Shown here piece after piece: positions 9,785 through 16,351 of a DNA stretch of 40,000 nucleotides (position 1 is its first letter; the number at the start of each line of letters is the position of its first letter). The notes under the pieces are model-generated. The model was given only the letters and a program-made list of their open reading frames with translations. It was not told the origin of the DNA and made no database searches. A program made the translations under genes and the position numbers. Origin of the DNA: Rhodospirillales bacterium. GTDB taxonomy: Bacteria; Pseudomonadota; Alphaproteobacteria; Reyranellales; Reyranellaceae. Location of the stretch: positions 1 to 40,000 of the forward strand of contig WHTW01000006.1 of the NCBI GenBank assembly GCA_009377525.1, in the 5' to 3' direction.

Positions 9785-12700
9785 ATGGACGAGGCACTTC
9801 TAAATCGTATTCGAGCCAGCATAGCCGGCGCTCCAGTCCCGCCAGCCACTTCGCCACCGACAGCCTCGCCCAAGGCCGGCGCTATGGACGAAGCTACGAT
9901 GGAAAGAATTCGAGCCAGCATCGAGCGTGGGCGTACCGTCCCACCTCGCCCCACGGATCAAACTGCAATCGCGAACCCGACACACGCGGGCCTTCCACAG
10001 TCTGAGCCTCACAGCGCCGACGCCGCGCCCGGCCCGAACCTTGCTGCAGCCGTACAGGGCAACCGGGACACCCTCGGGATGCTCGCCAACACGCTCCTAG
10101 GGGGCGCCCGAGACGCTCTCCAGGGCACCCTCGAAACAGTCCATAGCGCAGCCGGCCTCGCGGGTGACGTAGCGGAGAGCATGGGCACGCTGCCCGATAG
10201 CTTCCCGCGGCCTACCGCCGACAACGCGCCGAAGCTTCCCGAAGTCCCCCGTGCGGACGAGAGCACGAACGAAGGCGTCGCCATGAACGTCGCCCGAGAC
10301 CTGGAGCGCTTCGTGCTCGGCTTCGTGGGTGGTGGTGCGATCCTGAGAGGTGCGGGAGTGGCGACGAACACCCTTCGAGGAGCGGCCGGCGCTGGCTTCG
10401 TGGGAGACTTCGTGGTCACGGGAGCCAACGACAACCGCTTGGTCGACCTCTTCGAGAAGGTGCCAGCGCTACGGGGGCCGTTCCTTGAGTACATCTCGAC
10501 GGACGGTGATGAGGACCTCCTCAAGCACAAGCTTGGCGCGGCCGTAGAGGGCCTGTTCTTCGGGGGAGCTATCGACGGGCTCCAAAGGATCGCTGGCGTT
10601 ATCCGAAGGTCCATCAAGGCGGAGAAGACGGGCGGTGCTGAGGCGGCTGAAAGGGTGATCCAAGAGTCAGCGGAGGAGATGCAGGAGGCTGCCACGGAGA
10701 TCAATGCGTGGAGCGGCGCACCTAGCGAGGCTATCGACCCAGGTGCTCCCGTGGCGACGCACCCACCGGTCCGGCTGGACGAACGTGGGCAAATCGAGAT
10801 GTTCCCCGAGGTGGTCCGCCGTGAGGAGGCGATCGAGGATATCCAGCTTCAAATCAAGGGCGACCGCTACCTCGACCCTGAGACAGGCAAAGAGAAGCTA
10901 CTTCCCATCTCCAATCGAGCGCGAGAGGAGTTGACCAGTGTTGCCGCCGATCCTAACGCGCCCTTGCACATCGACAAGCTCACCCCGGAGACCCGAGAAG
11001 AACTACTCCGTGCCCTTGCGTCGGACAATGAAGCGGCTCGCTTCTTCAATCCGAAGACTGTTCGCGGCAAGACGTTCGCGCTGGACGATGCGCGGCGGGC
11101 CGACTTCGACGCGGCTATGGAGCGCTCGCTCTCGATCCCGTATGCCACGCTGAAAGCCGAGAACCCCGGCGCGGCTATCGAGGACACCCTCAGCACCTTC
11201 CTGAACTACCGCTACATGGAGAGCGCCGATAGCGTGAAGGTGACGCTGGACGAGATGGCCACGGCTATGGAGCCTCAGGTTGCAAAGCACCTCGGCGGCT
11301 TTCCCCAGACGCACGCGCAAGTCCAGGAGACGGCAGGATGGCTCGGCATGAAGCCCGAAGTCCTCCTTGCATCACTGTCCCAGCAAGCACGCGCTGCCGA
11401 ACACATGCCCGCTCTTCTCGTGGCAGGTAAGACGTGGATACAAAGCCTCGCCCGCGACATTCACCAGATTAGCAAGGCGATCGATAGCGGCATGGCGACG
11501 GACACCGCGAAGATAGAGCTTGTGCGCCGGCAGGACATCCTTGCCGATCTCATCTCGACGTTGAAGTCCGTCCAGACAGCGAGCGCGCGCACGACAGCGG
11601 CGGGCAGGATCAGGACGAGCGACGCGCTCACCCATGAGGAAATGGGAACGCTGCTTCGCGAGGTGGGCGAAGACAACTTCAAGCTCATCAGCCGCAAGCT
11701 CGCGCTTACCGAGGGCAACCCGCAGGCGGTCATCTCCATCCTTGAGCCAACGTTCGGGCAGAAGTCGTGGGGCGTGGCGAACGAGTTCTGGATCAACGCG
11801 ATCCTCAGTGGCCCGGCAACGCACGTTATCAATCTCACGACGGGCTTGCGTAACACTGCCCTCTTCCCGCTCTTCAAGATCACTGGCGGCCTGCTTACGG
11901 GCGACATGAAGTCGGTCCGCATCGGCATCGGCCAGTACGCCGGCCTTCGTGGTGCGGTCTTCAACAGCTTCGAGATGGCCAAGCGGTCCCTCCTCACGGA
12001 GAACGCCTACGTTGATGCGAGCTTCCACCAGATCGAGCGCGAGCGGCTCTGGATCAAGGCGGACACCTTCAGCACGGACCCCAGCGGCACGCTTGGGCAA
12101 GGCATCGAGGCGCTCGGCACGGCCATTCGTATGCCGTCGCGGTTCCTCACGGCTGAGGATGAGTTTTTGAAGCAGTTGACCTATCGTGCTTCGGTGACGG
12201 CGAGGGCTCACGAGGAAGCTATTGAGCGGGGATTGTCGGACAACCGGACGGTCTCCTACTTCGTGGACGGCGAGAAGAAGATGATATCCGAGGTGGATGA
12301 GTACGTCCGTGATCGGATGCAAGAAGCGTTTCACCCCAGGATGGAACACGGGCTAGACCAAGCGGCCCTTCGGGATGCTCGCCGTGCAACGTTCACGAGC
12401 CCGCTCAAGACAGCGACTTGGGGCAACATGACCAGTCTTGGCGAGATAGCCCAGCAAGCCGCAGCAAGGGCACCGTGGATACGACACACGATCCTGCCGT
12501 TCACGAGGGTGCCCACGAACATCTTCCGCGAGATGATTTTGGAGAGCCCACTGGCTCCGATCCGGAAGCAGTTCTGGACCGACCTGAGGGCCGGCGGAGA
12601 AGCACGGTCCGACGCTATCGGGCGCGTGGCGCTCGGCACAACATTCTGGACTGGCGCGGCAATGCTCGCGAGCGAAGGGATCATTACCGGCAAGGGTCCT

Positions 12701-13711
12701 ACTGATCCGAAGCTACAGAAGCAGTGGCGAGCGGCGGGCAATCAGCCGTATTCAATCCGGTTCGCGAGCATGGGGCCGGACGGCAAGGACCTGTTCATCT
12801 CCTACAACAGGTTCGACCCGACAGCCGGTGTGCTCGCGCTGGCGGCCGACTTTGCGTACATCGCCGCTCACGTAGACGAGCGCACGCAAGATGCGCTGGC
12901 CATGACGCTCACGCTCACGCTGGCGAACAATCTCAACAGCAGAACTTATCTTCGTAGCCTGACGGAGTTGACTTCGATCCTCGGGTCTAATGATCGCGCC
13001 GGCCCGCATCTAGTGGAGCGCTGGTTGAATTCGCGGGCTGCTTCCTACGTACCCCGGATCGTGTCGGCGGTTAATCCAGATGATACGTTGAGGGATGCCC
13101 GTGACGCGCTGGAAGCGATCCAGGCGAGGATACCGGGATTGAGTGACGGACTACCGCCTCGGCGAGACACCTTCGGCGAGCCCATCGTGCCGTCCGTTGG
13201 CTGGCCGTACAGCCAGGTCAATCCCTTTGCAATAGCGGTGGGCAAGGATGGAGCGGCGCGGCGCGAGCTAGGTTACTGGGCTGAGAGCGAAACCCGCAGT
13301 CAATTTGAGATGCCCTCGCCGAAGATCGATGGACTTATCGATCTACGCGACGCCAAGAACTCACAGACTGGCCAGAGCGGCTATGACCGCTGGCTCGAAA
13401 TCCTGACTGAGCCAAGGTTCGGAGGAAAGACCGCAGAGGAGCGGATTGACGATATCGTGGCAAGCGATGGCTACAGGAATTTGAAGGAGCGTGGCGTTGA
13501 AAGCCCGATCTATCGCCGGCACCCCGCCGTTGAATTCTTGAGAGAGCAACTTGGATCACACTACGGCATTGCCCGCGAACTCATGCTTGCGGAAGTCGGC
13601 TTCGAAGACCTCCGCGCCGCGTTGCAAATCTATGAGGCGAGCAAGCGCGCCGTCCCTGTGGGCGCCGTAGCACCGTCCAACCCGGCGCTTGATCAGTTGC
13701 TAAAGCGGTAG
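9785..13711 (+). CDS. Large orphan protein (1308 aa), function unknown; possibly a phage internal/ejected virion-type protein
   Basis: Uninterrupted 3.9-kb ORF with non-shadow composition. The N-terminus has two MDEAxxxRIRASI modules and an Ala/Pro-rich linker. I found no NTPase, polymerase or lytic transglycosylase motif. Confidence 0.85.
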   Translation: MDEALLNRIRASIAGAPVPPATSPPTASPKAGAMDEATMERIRASIERGRTVPPRPTDQTAIANPTHAGLPQSEPHSADAAPGPNLAAAVQGNRDTLGMLANTLLGGARDALQGTLETVHSAAGLAGDVAESMGTLPDSFPRPTADNAPKLPEVPRADESTNEGVAMNVARDLERFVLGFVGGGAILRGAGVATNTLRGAAGAGFVGDFVVTGANDNRLVDLFEKVPALRGPFLEYISTDGDEDLLKHKLGAAVEGLFFGGAIDGLQRIAGVIRRSIKAEKTGGAEAAERVIQESAEEMQEAATEINAWSGAPSEAIDPGAPVATHPPVRLDERGQIEMFPEVVRREEAIEDIQLQIKGDRYLDPETGKEKLLPISNRAREELTSVAADPNAPLHIDKLTPETREELLRALASDNEAARFFNPKTVRGKTFALDDARRADFDAAMERSLSIPYATLKAENPGAAIEDTLSTFLNYRYMESADSVKVTLDEMATAMEPQVAKHLGGFPQTHAQVQETAGWLGMKPEVLLASLSQQARAAEHMPALLVAGKTWIQSLARDIHQISKAIDSGMATDTAKIELVRRQDILADLISTLKSVQTASARTTAAGRIRTSDALTHEEMGTLLREVGEDNFKLISRKLALTEGNPQAVISILEPTFGQKSWGVANEFWINAILSGPATHVINLTTGLRNTALFPLFKITGGLLTGDMKSVRIGIGQYAGLRGAVFNSFEMAKRSLLTENAYVDASFHQIERERLWIKADTFSTDPSGTLGQGIEALGTAIRMPSRFLTAEDEFLKQLTYRASVTARAHEEAIERGLSDNRTVSYFVDGEKKMISEVDEYVRDRMQEAFHPRMEHGLDQAALRDARRATFTSPLKTATWGNMTSLGEIAQQAAARAPWIRHTILPFTRVPTNIFREMILESPLAPIRKQFWTDLRAGGEARSDAIGRVALGTTFWTGAAMLASEGIITGKGPTDPKLQKQWRAAGNQPYSIRFASMGPDGKDLFISYNRFDPTAGVLALAADFAYIAAHVDERTQDALAMTLTLTLANNLNSRTYLRSLTELTSILGSNDRAGPHLVERWLNSRAASYVPRIVSAVNPDDTLRDARDALEAIQARIPGLSDGLPPRRDTFGEPIVPSVGWPYSQVNPFAIAVGKDGAARRELGYWAESETRSQFEMPSPKIDGLIDLRDAKNSQTGQSGYDRWLEILTEPRFGGKTAEERIDDIVASDGYRNLKERGVESPIYRRHPAVEFLREQLGSHYGIARELMLAEVGFEDLRAALQIYEASKRAVPVGAVAPSNPALDQLLKR

Positions 13712-13714
13712 CCC

Positions 13715-14218
13715 GTGACTACCGCCAAGTTACACTCAGCTGAAGAGCTAGCAGTGGTGCGGGCAACGTTTGCGTTGGACGGGGACGAGCTTCTTCGCAA
13801 AGGCAAGCCGGTCAAGCACCGGGCCAATGCCAACAAGTCGCCGTACAAATCCGTCGAATTCAGGTTGGGCAACGCGCGAGTGCATTGGAAGCTGTCTCGG
13901 CTGAAATTCTTCTTAGCTCATGGCTGGCTCCCGCCCGTGGTCGACCACAGAAACGGAGACAGGTTGAACGACAGTCTTGCTAATCTTCGGGCAGCCTCTT
14001 ATGCCCAGAACAACCAAAATTCGCGACGCCGAAAGACCCGTCTTGGTCTCCCGAGAGGCGTGGAGCGGAACGGCAAACGGTTTGTGGCTAGGCTCAAAAC
14101 GGATGGCCGCATGAAATACCTGGGAACTTACGACACCCCCGAAGCCGCGTCTCTCGCCGTCCAGGAGAAGAGCAAAGAGCTTCGTGGCGCTTTCCATCGG
14201 TACAGGCGGAAGGGGTAA
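13715..14218 (+). CDS. HNH endonuclease with C-terminal AP2 DNA-binding domain (homing-endonuclease type, 167 aa)
   Basis: VDHRNGDRLNDSLANLRAASYAQNNQN (HNH_3 pattern) followed by GVERNGKRFVARLKTDGRMKYLGTYDTPEAASLAV (AP2 pattern). Starts 4 nt after the 1308-aa gene. Confidence 0.8.
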   Translation: MTTAKLHSAEELAVVRATFALDGDELLRKGKPVKHRANANKSPYKSVEFRLGNARVHWKLSRLKFFLAHGWLPPVVDHRNGDRLNDSLANLRAASYAQNNQNSRRRKTRLGLPRGVERNGKRFVARLKTDGRMKYLGTYDTPEAASLAVQEKSKELRGAFHRYRRKG

Positions 14219-14410
14219 AGGGCCATCGGCTCCTACCAATGCACTTCCCGCAATCGGCGAAGGCGGAGAGCGAGAGCGAGAAGATATGTGCGGCTCGCCG
14301 AGGGCGCTCCCGATAACTCCCTCAATAGAGAGGTGACTGATTTGCCCGATACCAAGCCGACACGGGACGATTTGATAGAAGCTGGATTTGAAAGTCCGTC
14401 GACGAAGGAG

Positions 14411-14464
14411 CCGAGCGAAGCGAGCTACTCACCGCCGCCAACGCGGAAGCCGAGCGAAGCGAGG
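14411..14464 (+). repeat. Two direct copies of the CCGAGCGAAGCGAG(G) island motif
   Basis: Copies at 14411-14424 and 14450-14464. The same motif occurs at 19326-19340 and, as a partial copy, at 9409-9420. The G-variant occurs at 9546, 16390 and 19521. Confidence 0.8.
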
Positions 14465-14612
14465 CCTTCGCCGCCCAACAAGGTTCCACCGGGGCTCCCT
14501 CAGCCGCGCCCCGTTGACGGCGACTTCCATTCAAGCCCCGTTCGTCGCTCTTGGGATCGCCTCCGCATAGCCGCCGTTCCATCACCCAACAAAAAGGGAT
14601 AACCCAACCTCC

Positions 14613-15104
14613 ATGTCTTTCACTTCCAAAAACAAGAACAAGCCCACCACGATCGACGGCCACGCGCTTCCCCCTGGCATTCGCCCGAAGAACGCGACGA
14701 TGCGTCTTGTCCGTGACAAAGACGGCAAGGCTTCCTTCAAGATCGTAGAGCTAGGCGTTCCCGAAACCGTGACGGTCGGCCGAACCACAATCAATCACCT
14801 CGCAGACGGTCCTTACAGCCGCCGGGAAACCGCCGAGATCAACGCGGAGCAACTCCGCAAGGGCTTGCCAGTTCAGCGCGTACAACAGCACTGGCAGCAT
14901 TCGGTGTCGGCCGACTTGACCGAGAAGCCGAGTGAGCTTGCCCGGAGCCTCGCAAGCGACAAGGGCAAGGTGGGCGTCGCCAAGAAGGCCGGCGCGAAGT
15001 ATGCCGAAGACGAGAACGCGCGCCGCAAGAGTTACAACGGCCCGCAGCAGACTTCCGTGTCCGTGCGGATGGGTGAACGCGCCCCGCGCAAGGCCGGGAC
15101 CTAA
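14613..15104 (+). CDS. Hypothetical basic protein (163 aa)
   Basis: ORF on the island coding strand with non-shadow Lys-rich composition. No recognisable domain. Confidence 0.5.
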   Translation: MSFTSKNKNKPTTIDGHALPPGIRPKNATMRLVRDKDGKASFKIVELGVPETVTVGRTTINHLADGPYSRRETAEINAEQLRKGLPVQRVQQHWQHSVSADLTEKPSELARSLASDKGKVGVAKKAGAKYAEDENARRKSYNGPQQTSVSVRMGERAPRKAGT

Positions 15105-15111
15105 GCGCGCG

Positions 15112-15411
15112 ATGACGGCTAAGACACGCGTGCTCGACGTTGAGGCCCGCATCGCGGTACTTGAGGTACTTCTAGAGCAGTCCCCAGCCTCTCCCCCGCT
15201 GGCTCCCGGCGGCCCCGTGAAGATGCGCGTGAGCAACTTGGAAGTTCGCCTGGAGGCACTGGAGGCGGCTGTCGGTGGTGGCTATGAGCCGCCGTTCGAT
15301 CCGAGCGCGACGTTACCGCTTGCATGGTGGTCGCCGTCGCCGTGGAAGAGAAGGTTGGAGAAGCTGGAGGCGCGCTTGGAGGCACTGGAGACGTTCGTAG
15401 CAGCCCTTTGA
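15112..15411 (+). CDS. Coiled-coil protein, SPWKR paralog A (99 aa)
   Basis: Internal ATG at 15112. Heptad-like repeats VEARIAVLE / LEVRLEALE / LEARLEALE and the motif WWSPSPWKRRLE. Paralogous to the next gene. Confidence 0.55.
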   Translation: MTAKTRVLDVEARIAVLEVLLEQSPASPPLAPGGPVKMRVSNLEVRLEALEAAVGGGYEPPFDPSATLPLAWWSPSPWKRRLEKLEARLEALETFVAAL

Positions 15412-15412
15412 G

Positions 15413-15712
15413 TTGACCGTGGCTCAGTATCGAGGACTGCCCCCAAAGGCGCGAGTGGAAGCCGTTGAGGCGCGCGTGGCGGCCTTGGAAAGCGGTGGCG
15501 GTGGGGCCTCCGATCTCTCCGTGATAGCCGCGCCCCGCTTCGCTATGGTGCACTTGTCAAACTTGGAGACGCGCATGAGGGCGCTTGAGATCACGCAAGA
15601 GGGATATAGCGCCGCCCGGACGTGGCCATCGTGGTCCCCGTGGAAGCGTCTAGAGGCACTTGAGACGCGAGTGGCAGCCTTGGAGAGCGCGAGCCCTAGC
15701 ACGTCGCCGTAG
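15413..15712 (+). CDS. Coiled-coil protein, SPWKR paralog B (99 aa)
   Basis: Starts 2 nt after paralog A (TTG, or GTG a few codons in). VEARVAALE / LETRMRALE / LETRVAALE and WSPWKRLE. Same length as paralog A. Confidence 0.55.
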   Translation: MTVAQYRGLPPKARVEAVEARVAALESGGGGASDLSVIAAPRFAMVHLSNLETRMRALEITQEGYSAARTWPSWSPWKRLEALETRVAALESASPSTSP

Positions 15713-15856
15713 TAGTTAGCCCAATCCAGAAGAAGGTGGACGCAGTCAGGGCCGAGCCCCTGTTGCGCCCGCCTTTTTCTCGCTCGCCCAAGCCTCCCTT
15801 ACTCAGCGCTCCCACACACTCCCTGTGATAACTTTCGAAAAGGGGGACCATTACCG

Positions 15857-16351
15857 ATGCCGATAGGTGCCAGTCTTATTGCCAAAGCCGAAGTCCGAAC
15901 GCTTCTTTGTGTTGATGACAAATGCCTTCACGCGTGGCGCTCGCGTCATGCCGGTCCTGCTCGGGAAGGGGACGGATACGACCTCGCCCAAGTTGAGGAA
16001 GTGAGAGCACAAATGCTCATACTCGGCAGCTATGGGCTCCAGGTGAAGAATGCCGAGCGGCCGTTGGGCTCGATAACCTTCTCACGAGAAGACGACACTG
16101 AGACACTAGGCGCGGCCCAAGTTAAGAAACTGTTGGCCATCGATCAAAGCATCTTGTCTCACTGGCTTGCCGCTCTCCCATTTCCCATTGGGCCAATACC
16201 GAAGAGGACGAAGATCAAAGGCCCGTGGAAGTACCGGAAGAACCAAGTGCTAGAAGTGCGGGCTGCGCTTCTCATTCTAGGTGATAGGTACAAGTTGGGC
16301 CTAACCGACACTCCTCATTTCCTGACACACGCGGGACCGACTTGGCAGTAA
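15857..16351 (+). CDS. Hypothetical protein with two internally duplicated HTH-like modules (164 aa)
   Basis: Module 1: KAEVRTLLCVDDKCLHAWRSR...VEEVRAQMLILG. Module 2: AAQVKKLLAIDQSILSHWLAAL...VLEVRAALLILG. This is the most AT-rich coding stretch of the island. Confidence 0.55.
   Translation: MPIGASLIAKAEVRTLLCVDDKCLHAWRSRHAGPAREGDGYDLAQVEEVRAQMLILGSYGLQVKNAERPLGSITFSREDDTETLGAAQVKKLLAIDQSILSHWLAALPFPIGPIPKRTKIKGPWKYRKNQVLEVRAALLILGDRYKLGLTDTPHFLTHAGPTWQ

Noticed and set aside
9785-13711. Assigning the 1308-aa protein as a T7 gp16 (internal virion protein D) homologue on the basis of size
   Set aside because: Only the length is similar. No lytic transglycosylase motif or other diagnostic sequence was seen, so the call stays 'unknown' pending profile or structure searches.
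14288-14602. 104-aa Pro/Ser-rich ORF (GTG start) with the repeated peptide KEPSEAS / RKPSEAR
   Set aside because: The peptide repeat is produced by the DNA-level CCGAGCGAAGCGAG motif, which also occurs in noncoding DNA and on the opposite strand elsewhere. There is no SD and the composition is low-complexity. I kept it as a repeat feature rather than a CDS, though it could still be translated.
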